A model generated the notes under the pieces. The model saw only the letters and a program-made list of their open reading frames with translations. It made no database searches and was not told the DNA's origin. This document shows positions 48,701-62,231 of a stretch of DNA of 64,000 nucleotides, in pieces. The position numbers were made by a program, and so were the translations under genes. The stretch is taken from positions 1,488,001-1,552,000 of the forward strand of contig CM074813.1 of the NCBI GenBank assembly GCA_037447605.1. Direction: 5' to 3'. This stretch comes from Zygnema circumcarinatum SAG 698-1b (Eukaryota; Plantae; Zygnematophyceae). The first letter of the stretch is position 1; the number at the start of each line of letters is the position of its first letter.

Positions 48701-51700
48701 TTCCAAGATTATAGATAGTATAGATCTCTGCCAAGTCATTGTATGCTCTGGCATGTGAAAGAAAGCGGAGGAAAACGGAGGTTCATGTTGGTCCTTAAGA
48801 CTGTGTCTACATGATGTCGTTTTCTTGTGATAGTTTTGCTGTAAACCTTGACTCCGTGCACTCATTCTGGCGAGCGAGGGTGGGGAATATAGCAAGTACA
48901 AACGGGAAAAGGATAAGGGCCAGAAGTTGGCACGGACAATCCGCATTCAGGGTGCAGATCTCCTTCAATTCCATGACAGCCCCCGCATGGTGAGCTTTAA
49001 AAAAGTCTTTTGTTTATTTCTGCAGGAGTTGCAGTTGTATATGTAAATGGCTGGAATGTAGGAGGTAATGTAGGCCTTGACGGGGGGCCGCTTAGAGAGG
49101 AGATGGGAGGCGAGGAGAGAGTTGAGGTATGGGAGAGAGCAATCAAAGAAGAGAAAGTAGAGGGGATGGGGATTGTTCTTCAGTATGGAATCTTCATCCG
49201 TTGTTTATGAGCCATATCTGCCGTTTTTCATCCACGCATTTGGCGAAGCAGGTCCCACATGCCTGCATCACTCCTGAGGCCTTTGAGCAAGAAATGACGG
49301 TTAGTCATTGGTCCCGCCATGCTTTGAAGCATAAATGGGAGGAGGAGCAACCCCCTTCAGGCCGAAGAAAAAAGGTGACTAAAAAAATGACTAATTGGTT
49401 TGTATCTCTAAAATTGTTAGGAATCTGCCTTTTATCTTCTCTCAGACAGGTGATGAAAGAAGTGACTCCTTGCCACTCGATTACTTAAAATGAAAAAGCC
49501 TGAAATTGCAGACGAAGACGGCTGTGGATGCTCAGGAGTCTCCGTTGGTCACTTCCCATGCAACTTTTTCAGTGGCAGGTTTGTTTTCTCACCTTGCCAT
49601 TCCATGTTGAACTTAATTGTAAAGGGAAACAGGGCCATTATGAGGCAGAAAATCATCGTTATAAAGATTTCACCAACTGTCATCAAGCGTTGACTTCTTG
49701 CAGTACATATACAATCTGCGTCCCTTTCAAACTGGATGGATCTATCTTGAACCTTTTTTCATATTATTTTGTAGCTTCTGAAACCCTCTACACCATAGGC
49801 ATACCTTTGAAAACCCCATCCACGAATCTCACAATTTCATCGGCATCGGTCCGGAGCAGACATGGCTTCTAGCAAACCGCTCCGTATCAAGAATGTTGCA
49901 ATGTTTGTTTTCTTTTTCAGAGAAAGAAAAGGAAGGACTACAAGATGGTCAACCAGTAGGTATTGATGAAGGGGGTATGGAGGTGGAGAATGCTGGTGAG
50001 AGCCAACAGTGGGAGGGGTGGGATTGGGCCACAACCGCTGGTTTTGTCGTAGGGGGGCATTCAGCCATATGGGAACCGAGAGGAGAGAGTCAAGGGTCAG
50101 GGGAAGAGGAGGCTTGTAGAAAACCTACAGATCGATGGCATGGAGAGATGAGAGCAGCAGAATGCAGTGCTGAGTTTAGGGTACAGGAGGTTGAGAAACC
50201 GTCAGAGGACGACGACGATGAGAGGGGGTCCGAGGTCAGGGAGACAGAGGTTAAAGCAGGAGGCGAGGGAAGCGACAAACGGAAAGATTTGATTGAGGAT
50301 TACGGTATAGATGAGAAACAGGAAGGAGATACGCAACCAGCAAAAGTAGCAGGAGAAGAGACTTATGCAGACACGGAGGATTTGGAATCAGAAGGACTTA
50401 TGGCTCGTGCTACAGTCTTTGATGACGTGAGTGAACATGGAAAAGAAGGAACTTCTAGAGCTGAACAGGTTGATGGACAGAGAAGAACGAAACGTATACA
50501 CACAGGGAACAAATTTTTTTCGAAGAAGTCTTTAAAGAGCAAAAGGATCAAGGTTAATGATAGCGGTGAAAGCCCAGATGTTACTTGTCCGGCAAAATGT
50601 ATTGGAAGTGGACGAGCAGATGACCTCCAGCCAGGGAACAATTTGTTGAGTTTTCTAGAAGGCTCAGTTCTCATGAATCCAACGGATTTAGACTGCTTAA
50701 AAGATAAACTGGAAAATACGGCTTCATGCAACGAAGGCTTACGTCACATGAATACAGACAGGAGGGCGAGGGGAGCAGTCTGTAAATCTACTGCTTTGAA
50801 AAAGCAGCAAGTCAGTGGGCGACATTGCAATACTGAGAGGAGACGTGATGAAGACGGGGTCAAGCAAGGAGGTGGAAATGTGGTTCAGCAGCCGTCAACG
50901 AATGATAGTTCTGCTACTGGTAGAGTATCGTCACCCCAAAAACAGTCGGCTGCTATAGCACGGGGCGGTGTGGTCAATGATTTGGAATTTGAGGAGATGG
51001 GAGAGAATTCTGGCATAGCTAAGAATCAACCAGTAGTCGAACAAATTCAGTTGGAACTTGAAAACAGAAGGAGCCCAGTAGAAGCGAGGAATTCCTTGTC
51101 TTGTAGGTTTGCACTTTCCAAAGAATTGGAGACTTCTGTTCATTCTCGCAAGCCATTAATGGAAAAAAACATTTGGGTTGTTGAGGATCATGCTACTAGC
51201 TGTTCGAAAAGATCTCGGAACTTGCAGTTACCAATGTTTCCTTCTTCAGATGACATCAGCGGAGCACCTGAGAAAGATGAGGGAATTCCTTTGCAGACAA
51301 ACAGTGATGCAATTGACGAGATGTGGGAGAGTCCAGATCATGATGTTCAGAGAAGCCCTGGTATAATGAAAAATAATCAAGAAGAGAATGAAATTGTACC
51401 AGCCTCCCCTTCAACAGCGAGTGGCTCTATGGCAGCAATTCCACAGCCTGAAGACTGCATACAGGCTTCTTTCGGGAAAGACAGTTCTCCAATAGTTCCG
51501 AAGGTGTTTGAAAAGCTGTCTGGAGATACTCTTGGAGGGAAACAGCCCTTACCACAATGCGAGTTGATGGCCGAACCTCCACGTGACAAGGCTCCTTCAG
51601 TTTCAGAGGTTGGGATGAACGACGAGAAGCATAGGATTGGCAGTCGATGTGACTCTCATGGAGACTCGTCTTCAAGTTCATCTCTTCCTCGCTGCTTTCG

Positions 51701-53843
51701 AAGGGCTCCTCTGGCAAAAAGGACCTGTCGGGTGGCTGACCGTAGCGAGGAAAGTGACAGAGGAGGCCATATGGGGTCTAGGGAAGAGTGGGAACTTGGA
51801 GAAGAGGAAAAGGAGGAGCTTTCTTCAGTGGCTAAGAGCAAGCGACGGTTACGGAGAGTAGGAGATAATAAGAGCACTGGCTGTGTTAGGAGAAAGCTTG
51901 GGGAAAGAAAGCGGGTGTTGGATCCTCAACTGTTAGTCGACAACTGCATTAAGAGACCAAAGAAAGGTGAGAGCTGAGAACTATGACTTGGAGGGGGATA
52001 AGCTGCTAAGTTAAAGTTACAACCTGAAAGTACACGTGGAAATGTCTCGTTACATTTACGTAACGTCAATGAACGTAAACGTTACGTTTCTCGTTGCGTT
52101 TCTTTATTGCATGGCTATCGGTAGCTATGACATCCTGCATGGTTTTTTTAGTACAGCGATAAAAGCACGCCATATGAAAGCTTGAGTTGTTTATGAAGTC
52201 TTACTTCTGATGGTTTGTTGTGTTTTCCGAATTTCTGGTGCCTGCTGAATGACAACCTGATGCGAACTATAGACGGGATAAAGAGAGCCTATCGACGAAC
52301 AAAAAGGCGAAAACGGGGTCATCAGTTCATTGACGAGGAAGCTATGTGAGTGATACCTTTCTTGTTACAATAACTGTTGTATGTCCCATTTCTCATACCT
52401 TCTGAGGAACAAATTGATATGCACACCCACTTCAGTTTGAGGTCATTTCCCTGACCTCTCTTACCTCCCTCCCTCTTCCATTTTGCGCTCATGTCTAAAT
52501 CATTCCCTTTAATTCCATGCGAACGCAGAGCTGATTCGGACAGCTGTGAAGAGGAAGATGTTTATCTTCAAGGAGAAGAGGACGACGCGGACCTGCAGGA
52601 CTTTATTGTCTCAGGAAGTCCCACCCCTTCCTCGGCGTGTGGAGAGCCCAGAGAGCGGGAGACGCCTCGTTCTGAAGACCAAATGTCAATTTATCGGTTA
52701 GTAAAGGCTCCTAACAATCACCTTCCCCCGCTTAATCGAAGGAGCATTCACATCCCTCACTTTCGCATGCGGACTCCTTGTTGTTGTGGTGTCCAAAGGA
52801 TCTTCAGGGCATCGGGATTCTACTCGTGTGTGGTATTAGTAGAAACCCTGAACCCTTAACCCTTAACCCTTGACCCTTGCATGTTTCGTCCCAACCCTCT
52901 GTTTTTGGACGATTCTGAAGGGATTTTAATGATGGCTTTGGTTGTACTCTGCAACTTTTGCAGGCAATCCTTGCTGAGTCAGCCTCCTGCAGAGACCTCT
53001 CCCGTCAGAACACATGTCAAGCGGGGCCGCCTTAAATTTGTAGCTTCTCCCATGAAGTTTGGCAATAGGAATGTCGGAAAAATGCGCTATCTTCCACCTA
53101 TGGTTGATGTACAAGGTGAGGCTTTGTTATGCAGTCAAGCCATGGAGACTAAACACCTGGAAGAAGAGAGCGACTATATAGAAGGTGGCTGTGCAGAAGA
53201 GGGAAAAGGCCGAGAAGGAGAAGATGGAGTTATCGGACTATCTGAACATGAGGTAAGGGATGTGAATAAGTGCGGCGAACTGGGTGATACACCAAATGGA
53301 TTAATGATGGGACTGATGGACGTAGGAAAGGATATGGTTAGCAGCTTGGACAGAGTTGAAGAAGGTGGAGAGGAGGACCTCTATGACGGTCTGGACTTGG
53401 ACGCCCTTGAAGCAGAGGCAAGACTAAAGCTGGAATGCAAGAAGCTTCAAACTTCTCAAGGTCCATCTCCGTCAGCTAATTGTATGGAAAGGCTGCCGCC
53501 AACGAACCCAGCTGGAAATGAAATCCTTAGAACGGTTGATCCCTCTAGCAGCCCTTGCCAAAGGGCTACTCGATTTGGTAGCGGCGGTGGTTCTGCCGGG
53601 GATTCTAAGGGGTATATCTGCAATCTTGTATCAGAAAGGACTAGCGCTCATGAGCTTAGAAACGGGGAAAGGAATGGCGTGGGCATTCAGGAAGGGGGAG
53701 AATGGCGGGAGCGTTGCAGTTTAGCCGAGTGGAGCCATCCTTCCCGTCCCAAGGAGGGAACAGATGCATTTCCACACGCGTCGGATGTGGGCGACGGCGA
53801 CGACTGGGATTGGACTCCTTCGTTCCAGCTCCGCATTACTTAG
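42733..53843 (+). CDS. FANCM: FANCM-like DEAH helicase (multi-exon)
   Basis: [87 protein letters not shown]; long acidic/disordered C-terminus with FIDEEA and MSIYRQSLLSQ. Some junctions around 49.4-49.9 kb are unresolved. Confidence 0.92.
47080..47352 (+). other. U12-type GT-AG intron in FANCM
   Basis: Donor GTATCCAA; branch site TCCTTGAC at 47336-47343, 9 nt before the intron end; restores KHF|[13 protein letters not shown]. Confidence 0.7.
48684..48861 (+). other. U12-type AT-AC intron in FANCM
   Basis: Donor ATATCCTT; branch CCTTGAC at 48846-48852; acceptor AC; restores RDGKV|[10 protein letters not shown] in frame. Confidence 0.9.
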
Positions 53844-54006
53844 TAATTTAACGTATAATTTCATATTAAATTTGGTCTACTTGTCTTAGGCCTTCAAACC
53901 TTGGAAGCAAATCAAGTGGGTAACTGCTGCAAGCCTCTGGTCAAGGTTTCTTATTTTCATTCTCCACCATTCGCTGTTGGTTTGTTTATGTTTCATTTCC
54001 ATTTTT

Positions 54007-54037
<31 letters not shown>

Positions 54038-54586
54038 CTGAATGTTGCTTTACTGAGGTCTGCCAGGCCAATTGTATTTCCTTAGGCTGCTCTCAAAGTT
54101 TTTCGTTCTAAAACCCCTGAAATTCAACACGTGTCAGCACCTGAAAATAATATCCCTTGAATTTTATCTTCCTTCCAAAAATATGTTGACAATGACACAC
54201 TTGCCGTACCAGTTTTCAAGTGAAAACGAATGCACAGAAAATAATAACACGCAAAAGCATCTGACAGTCCAAAACATTCGGACCCTGACTGCGACATGCA
54301 GGAGAAAGAAGTTGTGCTGCCCGTTAGGAAATGAGAATGGTTGCAAGAACAAGAGAAACGCACTAAGAAAATACCACAGGGCCAGAAGAAAGGAATGATT
54401 TTTCTGGACGTATTAGACCTTATTTTGGTAATTGATTTCGGCACAGAGGCCGAAAGAAACAGAAAAAAAACAAATACGGAAGAAAAAAAAAGGGGGCCGA
54501 GGTGGGGGAGACTGCTTTTCGTGGGGCCTTCTCTTTATGCACTCTGACCTGCCCGCTCGCTCCCCTGATCTGCTCAAGATAAAAAA

Positions 54587-57500
54587 TCAGTGGGGACTTT
54601 CCATCCCCTTCTTTTGTCTTCGGCCTTTCTTTCCCTTTTCCTGCTTCCCGCCATGACCGGATTTCCCCTTCGCTGCAGCAAAATCTTGAAACGGATTTCC
54701 TTCATATGGTCTCTCGTTCTGCTCATCAGCTGTCTCCTTCGACTTCACCTTTTTCATCCTCCCCTTGTCCAATTCAGCATCCCTGCAGTAAGGCCCAAAA
54801 AAATTGTCTTATGCGGTATTCAAGGCATCTTGAAAAGGTTCCAAAAATTGCAGTCAACGTTTAGCCTTTACAGCTTCCTCCCGGGATGCGAAGATTATCA
54901 TCAGCACATCTCCAGTCACATTTCAATGTTAAACAAAGAAAACTAGAATACAAAAAGGCATACCTGTATGAATGGCAAACCTGCACCATACCCTACAAGT
55001 GATTCTACACACGCTTACAAGGGACATGGTAAGAGGGGTTTCAGACTAAGAGCAAAATTGATATGAAACTTGTTTTCAAGGAAAAGTACTCTTGATTTCG
55101 ATGTTGCTAATTCATTCGCTGTGCGAAAGAGTGTCCTGATTCCGAATGCCAAAAGTGTGAAGCTCTTCTAAGTCTGAACCCCCTTACTCATTCAATTTTG
55201 AGGGAGTGACACAACAGGGCCACACGATGCTTATACCCGCACTGAAGCCAACAGCCCCACTTCCTCAGTGGCTTAACAATGCTCCTAGTGACCCGGCCTT
55301 CACCTCCTTATAAGCTTTGAGGTTGTACTCACCACTCATCATACTCCCGCCTCCGAGCTTTCGGCTCCTTTTGCAGCACCTCCTTAGGCTGCGGAGCATT
55401 AGCGGTTCCGTCCTCCCATTGCGGTACTGCTCGCCCATACCAAGCCCCCACTCATTAGCAAACCTGCTTTATTCCCCTTCTCTCTAAGCGACCCTCCTCT
55501 CCCTTCTTTCTCCTTCTCCTTACCCTCAATCTTCCATTCCCTTTGTCCATCCTTTCCTTTCCCTTCCTTGCTTTCCCTCTCTTTCCCACTCCTGACACCT
55601 ATTGTGCCACTTCTCTCTCCTACCCATTTCCTCACTTTCGTCCTAATCTAACCTTCAATTGCTTTTCCCTTGTTGTCTAATTGCTGCCTGCTTTCAAATC
55701 TGCATCATTAGGAATACTGATAGCATCATCAAGCCAGATAAATACCAAACTACAAGCCAAGAACATTCTCCAAACTCTTCAAACATATGTGCATCACAAA
55801 GTTACTTACCGGAAAACTCCTCGCCCTTCACTCTCATTGGTCCTCTGAGTGCCTCCATAGCTGCTGCACCTCTCAATCTATGTGCTCCCACCTCAACATT
55901 CACCACAACCTTCTCAATTTTCTTCTTCTTCTCCTGTCCCTCCCCTTTCCCCTTTCCCTTCCCAATACTCCCCGGTTCCCTACTATCGGCACCTTCCCTT
56001 CTCCCCTCATCGTAAGAAACTCCACGAACCTCTCTCTCTTCAATCCCTTTTTCCTCATCAATCCCATCTTCTCCATCCGCGTTGCCCCTAAAGCCCCCTA
56101 TCATCGCCGCGCTACCTGCAATAGTCCAGCCTTGGTCGGCATCATCCCTCCCACTTATTCCACTATCACCGAATTCTATCACTCTACTGCCTGTCTCTGT
56201 TATTCTTACTACCCTATTTTGAGCCCCATTCATTTCCTTCTCCCCTGTACTGTTATTACCATGGTAAACTCCCTTACCTCCCACTTCTCCCACCTGCAAA
56301 GTCTTCGTTTCCTTCTGGTTCGTTATCTGCCCTACGACCCTATCTGCCGCTCTTTGCTCCATACTACTTTCAAACCCTTGCTTCCTTTGAAGTGTTCCGA
56401 GCTCTCTCACACTTATATCACCTTCTTCACCTTTCTCTTCATTCACTTCTACTGAATTATCCGCATGGCTACTATCTGACATTAAGGTCGCAAGCAATCC
56501 CCGTGTAATCCTTCTACCGGGAATGAAAAGGTTTCTCAAGACCCCTACTGTTTTTGAAGTCTGCTCTTCCTTACTCTCCCTCCCTCTCTCGCCTCTCTCA
56601 CTCCCCTTCGCTTTCCTTCTCTTCCTCCCTTGGAGAAGACCACCCTGTAATGAAAAGTACTGCCTTGCTGACGGAACTGCCATAAGGAACCTAATAAACA
56701 ACCGTCGCCTTCGAAACCTTTTTCTCTCTTTCAGAAATTTGCGGTAATCATCTTCCGAAAGGATTAATGAATCAGAGTTGGCTCCAACCCCCTCTCCCAC
56801 TCCCTCGTCCTCCTCTTCCATTTCCTCTTTCTCGGCCACATCCGTTAACAAGTCCTCCCTCTCTTTTTCATCCTTTTCCTGCCTTTCCATGCTCTTTACA
56901 GCCACGACTACTTCCTCATGTTTCAGCTCAAGTCCACTCCCAACTGCTACCTTAGTTTGCAGAGACTTGGAACCCCCCTCACTTCCCACTACGCTTTCTC
57001 CAATGCTTTGTTTACTGGTCGTATTACTGACATGGTCCGCAGCAACAGAGGCTACTTCCAATTTCCTTATTTCCAATACTGCTCCATTTCCATCAACCAC
57101 CTTCCCTTCATCCTCCACCCGTTTCTCATCAGATTTCTTTCGGGACTTTAGTACTTCCTTTGACACATTTTCTGTAGTCTTGACATCAACTTTATCCACT
57201 TTTCCCAGTTTCTCTGTTCCGCCACCCTTGCCATCTTCTCGCAGGGCTTTGCAGTTGTCAACTTCAAGACGCTCCTCTTTTTTCTCCGAGGAGCCCTCCT
57301 TCAATGCTTTCTTCTCCTCCTTTCCCTCTGCCTTAGCGGGAAGGCTGCGTATGTAGAATAAAATATATGCCTTTTGCTGCAGTACAGTTTTTTCACTAAC
57401 CTGTCGTACCTGCAATATCAAGATGGTTCATAGAACCGTCATTGTCAAGCTATGTGCTCATACTAAACCTCAGTGGTGAACCTACATGATTTTAATGTTC

Positions 57501-60500
57501 ATCTATCCTCAAAAAAGGCCAGTTTTATCTGGCTTTCCTCTTTCCTCCATAAAAAATCAGCAATTAGTACAGCACCTATCAGCCGACGTCAGCAATAATG
57601 GCAAACGAGCGTGGGAGGACCTGCACAATCGGGGAATCCCCTAAGGATAAGATTGTGAAGTTTTTATTTTTATTTTTTTATTTTAGTATATATATATATG
57701 TATTTTTTTTCTACATACCTGTGTATCGTTCACCTCATGCCATATTCCCGATGAGGTTCGGACGAAGCCAAAGTAATGGCCACTATGAGTAGACCAACCA
57801 GCATGCACGAGGACAGCATAGAGAGAATATTGAAGACCCTCCTGCCAAGTTCCATGTCCAACTTTAACTTCCCCTCAACAGCTGGATAGAAATGCTGCTG
57901 GATATGTGTCATTTTGAAGGATCTTGGAGGTTTGTTCACTGTTCCATACAAGGGAAAGAGATTTGCGCAAAACTGTGTTGAAACATTGCATTAGGGCTTC
58001 CTTTGTCACATGCTGACAGGCCTCAAGGTCACGGCACCATGCATGAACACTTTCTGAAGGCTAGTTGCGATAAATTGTCTAGTTGACTTTAACATGGAAC
58101 GAGTAGGGGGGAAGGGAAAGGAGGACAACAAAAATAAGAAAAGGTTTCAGGACTATTTGCAGCTCTTTATGGGTCTTTATATTTGTAGGAATAAGACTCT
58201 TAGAGTTACTTCGATACTTCTCCCCTACAAAGGACACTTCCTTCACAACACCACTGTCTCATTTTTGCATTGCGTCACACTTCAAGCTCACCATAAAGCT
58301 AAGGATCGACGATGAGGATTCTTGCTGGTTGTTGGATGAATGCTCCAAATGGACATTCATAGAATTCTCAAAGGTTTAAGGTAATCAAGCTCCTATTCAA
58401 TTTCCATAATTTCTTCTGTGATTTTTTTTTTTTTAAGCTCTAAGTCCTTCCGACAGACCCACCTGCTCGTTGCTCACATAAGGACTGAGATCGAGAGTGG
58501 TTCCAAACTGCACCCATTTGTCAATCTTTCCGCCTGTGATACTGCTGAACCGTTTGAGCTGAATGGTGAGGACAGGTGGCACCTTCTCAATGCTGAAGCA
58601 TTTCTGAGCTCGCACCTTCTTCTTGCACTGTCTGCATTTTCCCATATCCCGCAAGCATCATATGCATTAGAAATGGGAAAGAGGATGAAGGCGAACTTCA
58701 GAAGGGAATATGCTATCTTCAAAAGCAGACATTAGGGAGGAATTTTGTTTTTCTTTGTCGCTGAGCATTGGAATTCACCTGCACTTATACTTATTTTCTC
58801 CATCCAGCACTTCTGAAGCTGTGAATCGCTGCAGAGCCCGTGGTAGAGAATCCGCTCGATGAATATCGAGGCTGAGGTCCAAAAAAGGGTCAAAAGTATT
58901 GGAGCAGAACTGGCACACAGTGCACTTAACCTGACCACATTCATTTCCTCAAACAGCATTAGCAAACCATAGCAGAGAGATAGGGGTTGTAGTGAAGGAG
59001 GGTCTCCAGAAACACCCATAACCACAACTCTAAGTTAGCTCAAATAGCCCTTTGATTTCCCTAGGGGAGGAAACCCACATGTTTTAAAAAGGAATAGTCC
59101 CAATTACACCTCCAAACAGCCTCTCACACGCTCTAACCTTAACGCACGGTACGCAGAAAGTGCGGATTAAGCTTTATAACCTTCAAATCTATGAATATTC
59201 ATCACCCACCTGACTCCTCAGTCGCCCTCCAAAGCAATGTTGCACAAAACTGTTAGCTTTCGCTGCAGCTGCAGGATTCCGAGCAACAGAAGGAGGGAGG
59301 CAAGCTTTATGCAAAGCCTCCAAAAGGTAACGCATGTATTCATGAGCGTCCTCCTGCCGGCCCAGCTTGAAGCTGCGGGCAATGTCTGTAAGGTTTGGTT
59401 AAGGGGAACATTCGGATTCACTTTTGTGAACTTGTAGAAAAAAGTGTGTGTGCAAAAAGGAATGAAGAGTTTCTCATTTCCGCCAAACTCCGTTCTGCAA
59501 TGCTGTTACAAAGTCAGTAAGTCATCATGGTTGACAATAAAGGTATTCTATTGAGTTCATTGAGTGTCATGCAAGCATTAAGGCAGCGTACGGCTCCTCT
59601 TTGACGAAGGGTCGTTCTCAAGGTTGTGCCAAAGGTTGCAAAAGGGAGGCCAAAAGTGTACATGATTATGATTCGCGTACACAGTAACATGCAAAAGTGC
59701 ATTGTCTTGATATGGTCATAAATCAAGCAAGATGTTAGCGACCTCTTCAACGAGCAACTACGCAGCCGAACTTGACTCACAGAAAGGGACGTGAGTAATG
59801 CCGTTTCTCTTATAAAAACTGGGCCTTCATCGTGCTGAAAGGATACTACGTAAACCTTTGACGAGGCCGTTTGGAACCACAACACCACGCGTTATTGTCA
59901 GCGCCTTTGATACATGTCGGCGTAATTCACACAACGCACAAAACGGGGCTCCCTGCTGACCTGCCCAAGTCACCATCCTAACAAAACCGTAAGCACAGAA
60001 TGCTCAAGAATCTTGAAGCTAAAGTCCTTTCCATCCTACTCCTAAGCCAATCATCCCCCATAAACAGTCAAGGCATGAGTCCGGTAGAGCAATCTTTCCA
60101 TGCTAGGTGGTTGCCAACAAGTGGAGGTCAAAATTGGCGCAGTGGTAGGAGAATTAAGCCCAGGAGACACGTCGAAGATGACCGTAAATGACCAACGAAA
60201 CTTATACCTGACACCGATGACTTCGTGTAATATTAACCTCTGGGCCATGCATGAGCTCCTGTTGACTCCCCGATAAGACATACTCTGCAGCTTCCTGAGA
60301 ATACTAATGCCTCCGTCTCCCTGTCTGCAGACCGATCAGCCCCGTACGCCTGCTACTGCGATTTCTAAAACCCGTGAACACTCCCTAACACTGAACCCTT
60401 ACTCCTCACTACCCTCCTACTCCTCACTTCTACCTCTTAACTCCTTACCCAAACTCTAACCTTGAATTCCTAATCCTGAACGTAGCCCTACCTCAAAAAT

Positions 60501-61821
60501 CCTGTGCTTCTACCGCCAGCACGAGAGATGAGTTAACTCACCTTTTACACAGCTTCTTAGCCCTGATAGACGGGGACACTAGATTGCCAAGTGGTGGTTT
60601 TTTCAGGTGGTGAGTTTGGAAAATATGGAAAGGAAAGAGATGCAAGCCTTACAAGTAGGGTGGCGAGAGGATTCCAAAAAGTAGACGAGAGGAGGAGTAT
60701 AAGTAAGACACTGTAGGACAGAGTTGAGAAAGCAAGTGTTGCCCTGATTTGCAAGGCCAGCACCCTGCATAAAATTTCTCCCACACAACCCACCCAAAAA
60801 TTCTTTTTCAATCAATCGCTAAATTTAGCTTCAGGTCCGCGATTCCCTCCAGGGTGAATAAAAAGCCAGCCGTCATTCTCCAACATTTCGCGCGGGAGAA
60901 TGAAAGGAAAGGAAGTGGTAAAAGGGGCAACAAGTATTCAGGATAAGGAGAAGGGAAAAAACAAGCATTGTACTGTATTTCAAAGCTCAGTTAAGTAGTA
61001 GTTTCCGAACTTAGTACATTTACATAGAGTTCATAAAAAGAGCTGAAAATAATAACCATGTAGCTTCTGAAAAGATGCTGGGTGGAAAAATATAGAGGAT
61101 AAGACGAGCATTAGGAGGGCTAAGTGAGAAGTATAGCTGGGTTTGGCTAACTTTCTGGATTCGAACTTCGTCATGAAAAATGCATTACTTTTAACATCGC
61201 ACTCTCTCTCAAACACACTTACGCACAAACACAACAGAGTTGTTGATTGATAGGTGGAACCCATCACCAAGGTTTTAATATTAAGAAACGGACAGGTTAA
61301 GCAATTCCTTCTTTATGCTCTATAACGACTTTCTTATCGTCGATATGCACAACAAAGCATGCAAGTAAAGCAAGGAATCTCACGACTCCTCTGACGCTTC
61401 GCCACGTGAGCTGAAGCTCACAGCCCTCCTCTTTAGAAGTCCCACTACCACCAGATTGCACCGCCTTTACGGCTTCAAAAATAACAGTTTTGTCGTCGCC
61501 TTTCCCTGGCAAAGCTGATTTTAGAGCTAGAGTATCATCTGAGCTTTTCTTCAAAGAATCACGAGATAGGGGCCTTTGCAGCTTGAGGTCGTTGAGGGGA
61601 ACCAGCTGAGAGCCACCCATAGAATGTGCGTCAGGAGATTTTGCAGGGCGGAAGTTGATCATTCTTGGTAGTACTTCTGCGGATGCATAGAGGCCTGCTA
61701 AGGGGTCATTCATGGCATCCGTGGAAGCCAGAGGTTTGTTTTCTCCTGTTGCTGCCCTGCCAGCTACTCCGCGGAGCGCCTCAGGCTTCACAACTTGGCC
61801 CCCTCTCAAGCCTCCCGCCAT
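54587..61821 (-). CDS. UBP23: Ubiquitin carboxyl-terminal hydrolase, UBP23/USP36-USP42 type
   Basis: Cys box [18 protein letters not shown]; GRQEDAHEY; PFLDLSLD; LTIQLKRF; His box [14 protein letters not shown]; AYILFYIR; C-terminal YDEW|[13 protein letters not shown]...NPFQ. Confidence 0.9.
59386..59846 (-). other. U12-type GT-AG intron in UBP23
   Basis: Donor GTATCCTTT; branch TTCCCCTTAAC just upstream of CAG; restores KGLR|[13 protein letters not shown]. Confidence 0.9.
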
Positions 61822-61880
61822 GGCTTCCAGACAGTCCTCTACATCTGCTCAAGGGTTCAAGTGGTGACTACCAGCATTGA

Positions 61881-61920
<40 letters not shown>

Positions 61921-61943
61921 GAGAGAGAGCGAGAGAGAGAGAG
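61881..61943. repeat. (GA)n tract in the UBP23 5' region; similar tracts near 30280-30305 and 41452-41470
   Basis: Direct sequence; each is CT-rich on the sense strand of the minus-strand gene it precedes. Confidence 0.85.
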
Positions 61944-62231
61944 TGGCTGCTACAGCTGTCGCTGCGCCGCCGCCGCCGCCAGTCGTTGGCACCGCCACAA
62001 GTAGCAACAAGCTTGCAGGAGGGCGGCCACGTGGCATGCCATCGTGGCACAATTCTGCCAGCGTGGCACAAATTGACCAATCACAAGTGAGGATCCGACA
62101 AACTGAAAATCAGTTGTCCGGATCCGTGTGAGGCAGTTCAGCGGCGGACTGCGACGGGACGAATGAACCGAACTGCGACACGGACATGGACAGAGCGAAG
62201 GTGAAAAAGGTACTGTGAGAGGTGAGGATCC

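Noticed and set aside
55659-57356. Plus-strand Ser/Phe/Leu/Pro-rich ORFs as membrane proteins
   Set aside because: Antisense to the purine-rich, K/E-rich UBP23 exon.
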